Below, in pieces: positions 1-13,371 of a stretch of DNA of 64,000 bases. The translations under genes and the position numbers were made by a program. Numbering within the stretch: position 1 is the stretch's first letter; each line of letters opens with the position of its first letter. Below the pieces are notes generated by a model. It was not told the origin of the DNA, ran no database searches, and saw nothing but the letters and a program-made list of their open reading frames with translations. Source of the stretch: Flectonema sp. DT1601 (Eukaryota). The DNA lies in assembly GCA_964019425.1 (NCBI GenBank), contig OZ025803.1:806001-870000 (forward strand), written 5' to 3'.

Positions 1-1718
1 TCTTCAACTAATTCCTTCAGTCTCATAACATAAGTGTCATCACTATTAAAGTTGTCAAAAATGCCTTCCTGAGTTGAATAGAGTTGTTTGTCGCCTAATA
101 ATACTTCTTTTGCTATTTTGTTGAAGGCATCCCACTTGCCAGCCCCAGCCTGCTCCATTTGATACATCCATTCTGCCTCTTTAATATTGGCAGCTTTTGG
201 AACTATTTCATAAAGTAAGTGAGTACTGTCATTGAAGAGAACAGTCTGAAGATGAACACGAACCTCTGCAGTGTGTTTGACTAGTCGGTAGATCCCTTCC
301 TCAGCCAGTATTGAGGTGCCTGTCAGGTTACTAACCCTCTCAATGACTCCAACGAACACAGAGAGCTTTCCAATAACGCTGTATCGCATCAACGTAGTGC
401 TACCGAGATCTCCACAATACAATTTCCCAGACCCCAAACCAAAGTTTACTGACAGCTCGTTACCAGATGCTTCCTGGTATGGACCAACAATCGCACCAGC
501 TGCTCGAACCATCGCAGTGGCAGCGTCAACACACGACGGAGCATGCTCCCCATGATATTTAGTTTTATTGAACCTCGCAAACATTCGATCTCCCAGAAAC
601 AAGTCAATTGTTCCTCTGTGCTCTCTTATGATGTCAGACGAAGTTGAGACCAGAACTGAGATGAGAGATTCGAATGATTTGTGTGAAGACTCCAAGACTT
701 GGAATGAATTGCGAATGTTGCCAACCAGAAGCGATGCGAAGAGGGACTCGAACTGGTGACGAATACCATTCTGCACACTAACAGCACTACGTGATGAACG
801 AGTGGTGCTACTGGCACTGCTATCAGAGGATAATAAACTTACACCAACAGTGTTTTCAACAGGTTCTTCTTCTTCAGGGAAACACGACTGCGGCAAGTAC
901 GGTCTGTATGAACACAGATTGCATAATATTTGTGCAAATGCTTCTCGCAAGTGTCCAGGAATAGTCGCATCGTCCAGCAACTCAGCAGCCCCATCCAAAT
1001 CAAAGCGAGAGAGGGATCCAGCGATGAGATTAGCTGTTTCTATGGAAGACAGAATTTGCTTTTTTTCATTGAGAACGGCTGTCGCGAACCCTCGAGTGCA
1101 GAAGAAGTCCAATAGGAATACAAAAAGCTGGATAGAAAGCACTCCGGCTGAATTCATGAATTCCCTAGCACAAGGTAGTTTATCACAATCATATGTTTCT
1201 CGACGGTGATGTTGATCATTGTTTTGCCATTCGAGATCGAACATCCCAATTCGCAAGAATTTCTCAATAGAAATAACAAACAACCAACTACAACAACAAC
1301 CCACCACGAAATACGTAGTTATCGAAGGCGCTTCAAGTACAAGCAATATATCAATAAGAGGAACGAATAGAGGCCAAATAGGGTTTTCCTGCATGATTGA
1401 GGAATCATAGTCTCCAATCATCAACGCTAAACAGTAAGATCCACAGATCCGGTTAAGAAACCTATCCGTGGGTTGCCAACGTAATACACAAAGGACAAAC
1501 GTCAAGTATACCGTTTGAGCATAAAATACAAGCATTGACAACACGATGAATGGTCTTTTCCTCACCAGTGCAGCCAGAAACACGTTTGAAGTCATAAATA
1601 TCCCAAAGAAACTCGCTATTATTAGTAATCTTTTTCTCTTTATCATCAATGGGCTGTCGGTATCTTTGACAGCCCTGTCAATGCAGCAGGAGAACAATTT
1701 TACTACTCGTGCATTCAT
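1..1718 (-). CDS. Membrane-bound class III nucleotidyl cyclase-like protein (runs off the left edge)
   Basis: Manual translation from ATG at 1718 (MNARVVKLF...); the same frame is open at the window edge, so it is absent from the ORF track. Several hydrophobic N-terminal segments, then NLCSYRPYLPQS, a cyclase-like block (FLGDRMFARFN...VNFGLGSGKLYCGDLG...YSVIG) and EWMYQM. Confidence 0.75.
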   Translation of the reverse strand, partial: MNARVVKLFSCCIDRAVKDTDSPLMIKRKRLLIIASFFGIFMTSNVFLAALVRKRPFIVLSMLVFYAQTVYLTFVLCVLRWQPTDRFLNRICGSYCLALMIGDYDSSIMQENPIWPLFVPLIDILLVLEAPSITTYFVVGCCCSWLFVISIEKFLRIGMFDLEWQNNDQHHRRETYDCDKLPCAREFMNSAGVLSIQLFVFLLDFFCTRGFATAVLNEKKQILSSIETANLIAGSLSRFDLDGAAELLDDATIPGHLREAFAQILCNLCSYRPYLPQSCFPEEEEPVENTVGVSLLSSDSSASSTTRSSRSAVSVQNGIRHQFESLFASLLVGNIRNSFQVLESSHKSFESLISVLVSTSSDIIREHRGTIDLFLGDRMFARFNKTKYHGEHAPSCVDAATAMVRAAGAIVGPYQEASGNELSVNFGLGSGKLYCGDLGSTTLMRYSVIGKLSVFVGVIERVSNLTGTSILAEEGIYRLVKHTAEVRVHLQTVLFNDSTHLLYEIVPKAANIKEAEWMYQMEQAGAGKWDAFNKIAKEVLLGDKQLYSTQEGIFDNFNSDDTYVMRLKELVE

Positions 1719-2447
1719 TGCATTGAGAAATTTATATTTTCGTTATTCTGAAAACAGAGTTTGATTTTTAATTTTCTTTTTTTAAAAAAAAGAACCCAAT
1801 GCGCTGTTACCAGGTGTTATTAAAGTGATTTATTTGTATCAAATAGTTGATGTCTGTGTTGGGTTACCTGTTTAGAAAATTAACGAATTAAAACTATTAC
1901 CAATGCAGCTGTGAAACGCAGTGCTACTCCCCCATCATGGGGAAATTTTAAAAAAAATAGCTAGTGGATGACAAGTAAATGTCTAAAACGATGATGTTAA
2001 TGTTTTATTAATTATAAATAAAAAAATAAAAAAAACTGCAACAGTCTGAAGTCGGAGATAGACAGCGCAGGTAAACCACTAGAAGCATATTGCTAACTAT
2101 AGTCTCTCAGTTAATTATTATTATTTTTTTTTTTTAATCTTTTTTTTCACCAAGACCCGAATCTAAAACAAGAAAAGGTCGAAAATACTTTATTGCCGCT
2201 GTATAAAACAAGAGGCTGGCAACAAGATAAATGAAGGCTAGGGGGAAACTTCATATAAACCAACTTAAAAGTTGGATTAAAAAGGTAACTATTCCAACGT
2301 GTGTTTTGTAGTTGCGTGATACTCTCATTGCTCAGTAGCAAGAGAATCGTAGCAGCAATACTTAACTCGTCACTAACACGCAATAAAACAAAAGCGTTGA
2401 AGAAAAAAATGTAATCTGTCAAGTTTGCCGATTTTTTTTTTTTTTTT

Positions 2448-3423
2448 GGGAAAACCTCTAATTCAACAAAAATAGTTTGCGAAATCGCCAACTCCCTACA
2501 AAAAAAAGTTGTCTACCAGGACTCGAACTTGACCCAAAATTTTGGCTTGCGGCGGGTTTTTTGTTTTTTAGCCTACCAAGCTGGGAAGAGGGCAAGGGGG
2601 GTTGCCCTCCCCCCCAACCCCCAATGAGATTCCTTCCGTCCCTACCTACTATCTGGCGAAACAGCAGTCAAGGGAACGGACTTGAAACCGTCAGCGGGGA
2701 AAGAAGACCCTGTTGAGTTTGACTCTAGTCTGACTTTGTGCAGTGACATAGGGGGTGTAGTTATAGGTGGGAGGTTTACCAACAATGAAATACCACTACT
2801 CTTATCGTCGCTTTACTTATCCAATGATGGGGGAACGGCAGCTGCCTTCGGAGGTTAGGGTCCTTTCGGACTCGTGGCTTTTCCGATTCCAGCGACAAAC
2901 GGGCTTCGGCTCGTGACCCCTCGTTTGGAGACGCCAGTCATGTCTGGGAGGGCCACATTGATGAAGGCTTCTGAGTCACGAAACCTAAAGCGATGATGAG
3001 GATCGTTAAGCCACATTTCTAAAGGTCAGGCTTTTACTAACGTGAGAATTTCTGTTCTCGATGGTTCGAATATGCCTGACAAAAATTACCTAATTTGGAA
3101 TGCTGCTTGAAGTCTGGTGAATTTTGGTTGGAGGTCTTAGTCTCACTGGTGAACTGCACAGTAACATTTTAAAGTGATCGATCACACGAGGGGTCTTGGT
3201 GATTTATCTATGTTTTGGTCACATTTTCCGTCATTACGAAAAAGAGAAAAAAGGATGTCACGGCGAGACCTCTGGGTCATCATTCGGCGGTCATAACCAG
3301 TAAACCACCGGAGCTCAGAAAATTCTGAATTTTTCCCCGTCATGTTGGGTTGTTTCGAGCGGTTAATTTTTGTGATGAGTTGGCGATTTCGCAAACTATT
3401 TTTGTGGAATTAGGGGTTTTCCC
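2448..3423. mobile_element. Non-autonomous DNA transposon (MITE/Pack-type) with 47-bp terminal inverted repeats, inserted in a poly-T tract
   Basis: 2448-2494 and 3377-3423 are inverted repeats with 45/47 identity. Ends are GGG...CCC, flanked by T16 and T13. No transposase ORF inside. Confidence 0.8.
2623..2950 (+). pseudogene. Fragment of eukaryotic LSU (28S) rRNA, domain IV/V region
   Basis: Conserved 28S motifs: GAGATTCC..GTCCCTACCTACTATC..GCGAAAC..AAGGGAACGG; CAGCGGGGAAAGAAGACCCTGTTGAG-TTGACTCTAGTCTG; GGTGTAG..TAGGTGGGAG; TGAAATACCACTAC. Isolated ~330 bp, not an rDNA unit. Confidence 0.9.
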
Positions 3424-3802
3424 TTTTTTTTTTTTTGAAAATCCCAAAGACATGCACGAGCAAGAAAAATGAGGAATTATTCATCGGTTTACGCAGAAGG
3501 CAAAAAGAAAAAAAATGTGCTGAAAAAATATTAGCGAGAAGATAATTATTTTCTCAGGAATATCAAATTTAAATTTTCGCAAAATTGTATCTTTTGAGAC
3601 AGGGAAATAAAAGAGTTCCTTTCAATTAAGAAAACGCGTCTTTGTTCATCATCAGAAGTGAGAGTTATTCTTATTCGCTATAGTTAGTCAATGAAGGAAA
3701 CAAGCAAGAATAACTGACCTAATAGAATTACAAAGCGAAAAAACTAATTTAAAAAAAGAAAAAAAACAAGAGAGAGGAATAGTAACCAAGGTGTAAGTAA
3801 TG

Positions 3803-5293
3803 TTAGTGGTCCCAATTAGAACCAAAGCAAACAATGTTTAGATTATTGCAGTACATTTTAATTTCAGTCGTGAAGGTTGGATTCGCCATTACGAAGATAG
3901 CTTCAACACCTGAAGGGATTTCGTTCATAATTTCCTTTACAGAAGGTCGTTTTTTGGATGTGTCAAATGACGTGTACGGTGTTCCAGATTTCACAGCAAA
4001 CGTTGAAATTGGATCGACTGGTTGTGTCATGTTGTTAATCCAAATTATCTTTCGAACATGCGACTGTCCAAACAACGCCAACGAAGGAGCAATACCAGCA
4101 CCAGTACCGATACATGCAACACCACTAAACGCACGTGAAGAATACATATAAGATGGTATTGGTTTTTTACTGTAGAATGAAAACAAAGAGCTTGCATCCG
4201 TGCAGCTCTGTACTAACTTTTCAGTCCAGTCACCCGCAGCTGCAACTAAACACATACTGCCTACCCTACCATAGATGTTTGGACAGATAGCAAACGTGTG
4301 CCATTCTTTCCTATCACGACTGAGTTTTATTAATTTTCCTGGACCGGGATATGCGATCAGCGGGAGTTCAACAACAGCAAGCCTAGTATTGAATTTGGTG
4401 AGTAGGTGGGCATTCGCATCCAACTTAACCATCGTAAGCGATGACGTTATCTGTGCAGTAAAACCAACACCACAAAGACTAATAAATATAATTTTTGAAG
4501 TCAGACTACGAGACATAACGACACAGTCTGATAGAAATAGTATAAGAAGTATCCAAGGAAGTATGCGATGAACGTAATCAAACAAATTGTGATGAGTTAG
4601 ACGGAGAAACTTCATTCCAGTACAAGCCATTACTAATAAACAAATAATAGAAGAAGTTCGAAGACACCATTCTACTGATAATATTGTGAACTCTTCTTCT
4701 ACTACTCCAGATATAACTGAAGCAAGGCACCAACCCAGACAACACATCCCTGCTGCTGCATGAATACCTCCCGTGTTGTGAGTGAGGCGGTGATACAATT
4801 CTCTTCTTGTTGTTCGAACTAAAGTCCACATTAGGAAGTTTGCGAAATACTCATTCCGCGTTATTATCGCAGTTATGAAGTTGAAGAGCGATAATCCAAA
4901 TGTCGAAGTCTCAACCGACCAACTGTTTGACAAACCAGCTGCAGTAGCAGTAGTGATGTTTATAAAGATCCACAGTAACATCATCACAACAAAGAAATTG
5001 GTTTTACTCTTCTCTGGTGTCTTTGATGTCCTATCGACTCCCACAGGGATGTTGATTGCCGTTTCTTTCAACTGAATTGATGGAATAGCAGTGGGATGAC
5101 TGCTGACATCCCAGTGACTTAGCTTCACATCTCCCCAACTGCAAGGATCTCTGATGCCAAAAGAATTTAATTTTATATCTCCTGTTCTATAACCAGAAAT
5201 CATCTGTAAACTATCCATGTGATACATTTCAGGTGGTCCCGCTGCTGGAAGAGCTTTCAGAGGGACATTGCGTGGGGAGATCATTCCATTCAT
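3803..5293 (-). CDS. TmpA-like / ferric-reductase-like transmembrane protein with C-terminal FNR (FAD/NAD-binding) domain
   Basis: TM helices with His motifs (HNTGGIHAAAG, HHNLFDYVHR), EWHTFAI, AAAGDWT, GTGAGIAP and a C-terminal GSNWDH. The start codon is uncertain (track ORF extends to 5410). Confidence 0.7.
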   Translation of the reverse strand: MNGMISPRNVPLKALPAAGPPEMYHMDSLQMISGYRTGDIKLNSFGIRDPCSWGDVKLSHWDVSSHPTAIPSIQLKETAINIPVGVDRTSKTPEKSKTNFFVVMMLLWIFINITTATAAGLSNSWSVETSTFGLSLFNFITAIITRNEYFANFLMWTLVRTTRRELYHRLTHNTGGIHAAAGMCCLGWCLASVISGVVEEEFTILSVEWCLRTSSIICLLVMACTGMKFLRLTHHNLFDYVHRILPWILLILFLSDCVVMSRSLTSKIIFISLCGVGFTAQITSSLTMVKLDANAHLLTKFNTRLAVVELPLIAYPGPGKLIKLSRDRKEWHTFAICPNIYGRVGSMCLVAAAGDWTEKLVQSCTDASSLFSFYSKKPIPSYMYSSRAFSGVACIGTGAGIAPSLALFGQSHVRKIIWINNMTQPVDPISTFAVKSGTPYTSFDTSKKRPSVKEIMNEIPSGVEAIFVMANPTFTTEIKMYCNNLNIVCFGSNWDH

Positions 5294-8200
5294 GAAGAGG
5301 GTAAGAAATACCTGTAGGAAGTAAGAATAACAGTTATGTATGATAAGAAGAAGCTGACCAACATATAGAAACATACGTGTTCCCTGTTTGACAATGAATA
5401 CTGATGTCAAATAATATTCTTTTTCTCGGTTCTTGTTAGTCGGAATAGCTGCTTGATTTAGAATATGAAAAAAATTGCGTCAGGTTTTTGATATTTCTTG
5501 GCTTGTGGCCTTTTTTTTTCTTTTTTTTTTTTTTTTTTCTATTTGACCATGCGACGAAAACACAACAGATGAAACTGAAACTAGATAGTATTTTGTAATG
5601 CAGCAGTTATCATAAATATAAACAATAATGGGGACATCAATTATAATGGTTAGGTTCGGGCTTAGACCATACTCTTTACCCAGTCCTCTACAATTCTATT
5701 GAATACCGTATCTTCTCAGTAGTAGTAGCTTCTCTTTAAGTCTTATTCCTATGGCATCTGCTATTGATACAGAGTGATGTAAATCAGGGGGTGGGGGGGG
5801 GGCTCGGATAAAGATATCAAGGTTAACGGGGGACGAAATCAATAGAAGTGAATAAAGTGACAACACATTTCGATTAATTTCGTGTTCCTTCAGACCATGA
5901 CAACAAACTGTTAGGTTTGTCTATTTCTTTCATCTCGAGATCAGTAGAAAAGGATGCATAGAAAGAAGGGTGATCCACCTTACGAATATAAATCAAAGTT
6001 TTGAATTAAGAGTTCCCTTGTTAGAAGAAACGGCGAATTTTCTTATGGAATATGAAGTTTTCTTGAATTCCTTTTTTTTAAGTCACTCACTCGTTTATCA
6101 AACAAACCAACTTACTAAGGGATTCTGACAAGACTTCGTTTTTTTTATCATTTTGTGAAAAACAACCTTGATCACATACCATAGTCAGATGGGATGTATA
6201 GACTAAATACTATGACACTACAAACACGAATTGGGTTCGATACTGTGATCAGATAACTGATCAAGAATCCAACACACAAGACAGATAATAAAAGGTGAGT
6301 TGAGTGAACCACAGAGGGAGGAGGCTAAAAAAAAAAAACACCAACTGCATTTTGTATCATATCAACATTAAAAAAAACGATAATTTAGCTAATCTGTTAA
6401 GGATACAGTAAACCATGGTGGTGCTTAACTTAGCCTTTTTTAAAGTAACCATTAGGTTTTTTAGGGTAATCCATATTTTGTCTATTCTCTCATCATCAGC
6501 ATGGTGTAGAAGTAAGTCGCTGAATCACCCCCCCAGCTAGCAATTCTGAAATGGAGTTACTTTTTTGATTATATTATTGTAATAAAAAAAAAAAAAAAAT
6601 TCTTCGGTTGTTCGTGCAGAAGGGGGGCGAAAACTCCGACAATAACAACTTTTAGGTATACAAAACTAATATGAAGTTCTTAACTGAAAAAGTATTTGTA
6701 GTTAAATACAGAAAAAACGTTTAGAAAAGAGAAAAAACAAAAAAACGAAAATATCGTACAATGCATTCTTAATCTCAAAAGGAACAACAATTTCCCCGAC
6801 AATCTTGACTGTCAGCGGCAGCGTAGTAAATGACTGCAAATAAATAAATAATACCACTGGAGGCCGTGAACATAGTTGAGCGCCACTTGCCTATGCTACC
6901 GGAACAGCTTTTTTTATAAAACTCATGAGTACTTAATTAATAATTATATAATCTTGAAAATCTAACAATAGAAAAAGACGAACACCAGGAAGGGGGGGAA
7001 CGGCTCTTTGTCAATAGCCGTATATACTGGTAATTCGTAGGGGAAAGATAGAAAAAAGTAAACCCACAGTGATAATTCAACCCACACCGTGGAAGCATAG
7101 GGCAAACAATAGAAACATTGTAATAACACGAAATGACTAACAAGACTTGTTGTCTTCATAGAGTAGTTCTTAGATAATATTTTTTTTAAAAAAAAAAAAA
7201 AAAAAAAAATTGGCTTCACGTTCCTATCCACCTGTTGCATGACCAGACAAGAATCTCTGTTCTTCACTGTGAGGCATCATAAAGTAACAAGTGTTGCATT
7301 CGATCTCCTAGTAAACAGGTCAACAAAAAAAGCAGATGGCAGGATTTAACAAATAAAACAAACAAAAAAAAAAAAAATACACGGAGTGATGCGATGTAAA
7401 CACGCAATAATAATAAAATGTAAATAGAGACTACTATATTCCGTAAAGGAAAGATTCATAACTCTATTCTGAAATATGAACTGAAGGCGATCACAGCTGA
7501 GGGGACTCTAGTTGATCGACCTCAAACGTTTGAGAAATAAAAGAAAAGTTAATACTCTTCCAAAACAAGTAATGAATCTCGTCTTCTTACCATAAAATGA
7601 AAAGTTGTTTTAAGAACTAATTTTCCATAGCTGAAAAAGAAAAGGAAAATTTCTGTTTAAGCGCATCTGGTAGGTTAGTTACGCTGCCATAATTCTCTTT
7701 TCACTGAACAGCAGGTTTGCAGGTACACAAACCAAAGAGTATCTCGGAGGAGCCAGAGGGGTTAACAGTTTGAGCATCATGTTTTGGACCAGAGCTGATC
7801 TATTGCACAACATGACAGGGTTGACTACGAGTGAATCTTCTGATGTGTTGAATCAACTCTTCGAAATTCCCAACGTGGCAATGAATTACATTAAATACAG
7901 TACGCTCCACATGCACTACCATTGCAGTTTTTTGGAAACGCCTTCAGAAGAAGACAAAGGTAGGGGAAAAAAAACATGATTGTTCAATTTTCTGATATAC
8001 GATAGGGAAAAAAAACTATTCAGATTAGCCTTATATTTCGTTGAACGCAGACAGAATGCTGTCGCACGGGGAAAATAAATCATGACCATAAGAAATAGCG
8101 GCTTTCAATCTGAATAGTTTCTTCCCCGGCTACGGTACGCAGAAAAAAAAAAAGAAGAAAAAAGCACAAAAGGAAGCCCTCTTGCAGTACATTTGTCACA

Positions 8201-8440
8201 AAAACGTTGGAATAAAAAAAACTAACCTGCCTAAGTAGCAACAAACCATCACTCGAAAGTACAACAACAATAAACACGCGTAGTATTCATCTTAATCGCC
8301 AGCTATCAGTTGGGAATCTGTGCGGAATTAAAAACAACACAACATGGAAAGTTAACCAAGGAGATACTAAATTACTATAAATCACGTTGTTATGGCTGCT
8401 TGAATGAGTAGCAGGAAAACATCACAACCATAAAGTATCA

Positions 8441-11385
8441 TTATCTACTATTCTGTGATCGATTAGCAGAAGCTGTTGGTGTTGGTGGATCAGAAAGTGT
8501 TGGCGTTGACGGAGAAAGAGTTCTCTGATGAGGAATTGTCAAATTCCCTGCTGAGTGCACTCTCTCCTTACTAGTAGCACGTACAAGAGAACCAAACCCA
8601 CCAGCTCCAAGAGAAAGCTGACGTTGTTTAGGAATCCTTTGTTGTATACTATTAAACCTCGCTAGTCCTGCACTACCCTCAGCTGGAAAGGTATCCTGAG
8701 GTGTCGGACTTGACACTTGAAACTGCCCTACAGCTCTTCCTTCTTCTTCTGTGTAGTTACTTGCTAGGTTCTCAGCTTTTTCCATAGTGTGTTTTAGAAT
8801 AGTGTGTGCGACTAGGTCCTTTCTGGTTATCATACCAATGACGCTGTTGTATTTATTAACAACAACTAAATGTCTTAGTCCCATACTTCTAAATAAATTG
8901 TACGTTGCAGAGACTGAGAACGTATCCGGCACACTGAACGCTGAGGTGTTTGTAAACGGCATCAGGTCGATTCTCAACTCCGTCAAGTGTGGAGGCGCTT
9001 CTCTCCACGGTAGTGCTGTCACTCGTTTCCAGAACATCTGTTCTCTGATTTCAGTCATTTTCTCTTCATCCTGTTGGTTTATTTCTTATTACTATCTTTT
9101 TCTTTTCTGTACAACAAACATTAATTATAAACACATACCAATCCAGCGATGGAGACTGCCTCCTTACCTGGCGACATTTCAACTTCGTGAAGGTACCAAA
9201 GCATTTGCTCCAACTGAGATCTTAGTATAGTCCCCCTAAAGAGATTGCCTCCATAGGGAGACTCACTGACAATTGGAAAGGCATTGTGAGGAGTACCAGA
9301 AAGTACTTTCATAATGTTACCAACCGTATCACGAGTTTGTAGTGTTACAGGAGGTGTTGGGTTTGCTAAAATAAGATCCTTGGCAGTGTAGCAGTCTAAA
9401 TATGGAAGATGGATGTCCCAATCAAGAAAAGGAACGCATTTAAGTTCAAGGATAGCATGATAGAGAGCGTGAGTTACGAAATCAGCAACACTCTTTGCAA
9501 CCATTACACATAACATAAGATTCGGAAGATGAGGAAGATCTCCAGTAATCTCAAGCATAATCACACAAAGTGAAAAGGTTAAACGCGACACTCCACCAAA
9601 AAAACCAGCAGCACCAAAAAGAGCAAACACACCCGGATCAACCCATGAGTCTACACCTGTACAATCTTCAGACATAAGTGTTTGCATAAGATCGACAACC
9701 GCAAGACCATAAATTCGACCTATTGAGGCGCCCATAATGAGCATCGGTACAACAAGACCACAGGCTAAATGAGTACCCGCAGACCAACAAGCGAATGTTA
9801 AATACAATATTAGCCATATTATTAAAGTGCTGTATCCAAATATTCGATCCCCTTTTAAAGCATGTTCCGGCTTTGAAGAAATTCGTTCATCTTGAGGCTC
9901 TCGTCTGAAAAGGAGACGAACAGCATCATCAGCTGATGCGAATACTAATGTTCCAAGGGGATGGTATTCCGTGTCATCTTTACAGATTGCATCAAAATAT
10001 TCTAACTCTCCTGCCAGCTGTACACCAACAGGTTTCTTCTCACAATCTAAGGAATAAACAGCCAAGTACGACAAAGAAGTAAAAAGGATTAATATACAAA
10101 CTGGTTCCGCCATTCTTCTCAAAATAGTTTTGTTAACCCTCTGCATTCTAAACCTACTTACTTTAATATTACAGAATGTGAATAGCGCTCCTAACAATCC
10201 ACAAATCACTCCTAAGACTAACGTGAATGGTATTGAAAGTATATTTACATTCTCAAGAACATTTGTCTTGAAGAGGATAGTGTAGTCGGCGTTCCAGTTG
10301 GCCCAGTGAGTGCAATTTGTTATGTTGTCTCCTCGAAGTTCCCAACCAGAGAACTTTGAGTTAAGTGAGTTCGCTACAACAATCGCCATAAGAGATGCGA
10401 AAAAACTCATCCACATAGCTCGCTTTGAAAAGTTACTCGACATCTCTTCAACCACGAATAGCAGTCCTCCGATGGGTGCCGAGAATGCACATGCGACACC
10501 AGCTGCTGCTCCACCTGTAATAAAGTCTCTGTGATCACGGGGGTTTCTAAATTTCCCAATCCACCCAATAGCTCTCCCCAAAGTACGAGATCTACCCGTC
10601 CCTAAACCAGCACCAATTAAAGCACCGATGTGAATCATTGGTCCTTCTGGACCAACTGGAAGACCACCAGCAACTGCCAGAGAGCAACTCATTAATTTAC
10701 CAATCAAGGTTCTAAGGTTAAATACTTTTGGGAACGTAACTCCATTAAGGTAAGCCATCACATCAGGTACACCAGAACCAGCAGCGTATGGCCAAAACCC
10801 GCATATCACAGTACTCAATATAACACAAACCATACTAAATAATAACCACACAAAGTATGCTTTCCAAATTTCAGAAGTAGAGCTGGGGCCGTAGGAGAAG
10901 GCGTCTTCAAGGGTGCTTCGTCGTTTCTTTGAGAGGAATTCAATCGTGTTCATCATAACAAAACTAAACATACCCACGACAATTCCAATAAGTGCATAGA
11001 CCATCCATTTTGATCCTCGTCCTCGTTTTTTTATCCTCTCCAAATTATTACGATACATTCTAGTGTTAGGATTCCAATAGTCGATAGATTCGAATTTTGC
11101 CATCCGTAGCTCTTCAGCAGCTGAGAATCTGTGGGCCATTTTCTTTCCTTCCAAGTCTCTAACACCGCCCATTCCATTGTGCACTCGAGAAAACATGTCG
11201 TCTTCAGCTGCTTCTGTTTGATAGTCATCTTCCCATCCAGTGCCTCTCCAGTCATAATAATCTTCATCCTCATCTTCCATTACAGCTGTGTAACCTGTTG
11301 GATCAGTTCCGCTTCTCCTTCTCGTAGTCCCTTGAAATTCAGTATCACCAACATTTAACAAGGCGGATACAGACCATCGTTTCAT
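8441..11385 (-). CDS. CLC-family chloride channel/antiporter (CLC-6/7-like) with CBS domains; intron 9071-9138
   Basis: GSGVPDV, GPEGPMIH, AFSAPIGG and GLVVP motifs. Removing the GTATGT...AACAG intron joins IAGL|DEEKMTE in frame to the second CBS exon (RSMGLRHLVVV...GMITRKDL). Confidence 0.92.
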
Positions 11386-11856
11386 ATTGTATACTGCTAT
11401 TGGAATAATATAACTAAAAGCTGTTATTACTTTAATAAGTAGCCGTGGTTATGTTGCCATCACACATACTGGAAAGATTTCTCCTGGAAAAAAACAATTG
11501 CTATTTAAAAGTACACACAATGTTCGTACTCATGTAATCGCTAAGCGCAATCCTTTACGATGTCGAGAAGCGAGGAAGAGGAAGAAAATCGAATATCACA
11601 GAAGTGCGTCTTGCACAAGACGATTACAACAAACACACGGAATTCAAAAGCAATCGATTCGAGGAACCAAGAGACGAAAGCTTTGAATATAAAATCAAAC
11701 ATGGCTGTTTGCCGGTTTTATAAAATTAGAGAAATCAATTCTTTGAAATCATTATTTCATATTAATATTTAACATCGTAAATAGTGCTTCGGTTTTTTAG
11801 TATTCCGAAGTATAAAACAAGAGAGGCAGACGTAGTGCTACATGACCTTAAACACT

Positions 11857-12873
<1,017 letters not shown>

Positions 12874-13371
12874 TCACCTAGTACACAATTCCAACAACAT
12901 TAGATAATCTGAATTCATGCATAAATATAACAGGACAGGTATTCTTCAGGTAGTTTCCAGTCACGTGAAATACTCCATCCTGATAGATGAATCATTTATC
13001 GCTGTTGGCGTCTGAGAAAGAAATGATATCGTGAATTTATATACCACAGCAACGATGGATTGTATTGAGATACACTTTTGAAATAAAATTAAAACAAAAG
13101 TTTAGCATGGTACTGACTAGAGGTACCTCCTGTCATGTACAGGCTGCTAACACTATCGAGAAACACTTTTAGTCTTCTTTTTATTCGTTTCTTTATTTAG
13201 TTTTATTTGTTAAGCTTCAAGACATTATCTGATGTAACTAACAAGGGATTCTTCAAGGATTCATTTCTTAATAGAAGTAATAAGATATCAATTAGAAACA
13301 CTGAATTGAATTATTAAGATGATGAAGATAATACTCGATAGTCCCTTGAAACACGATAAGGGTGATGTTGC

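Noticed and set aside
316..1764. Plus-strand ORFs here and antisense to other genes and retroelements
   Set aside because: Shadows of the minus-strand coding sequences, with no recognisable motifs.
2623..2950. Functional rRNA gene or natural rRNA fragmentation module
   Set aside because: Begins and ends within conserved regions, lacks the rest of the rDNA unit and sits inside a TIR element.
2958..2986. Hammerhead-like TGATGA...GAAAC
   Set aside because: Core C3 is missing, the stem II junction is irregular, and no convincing stems I and III were found.
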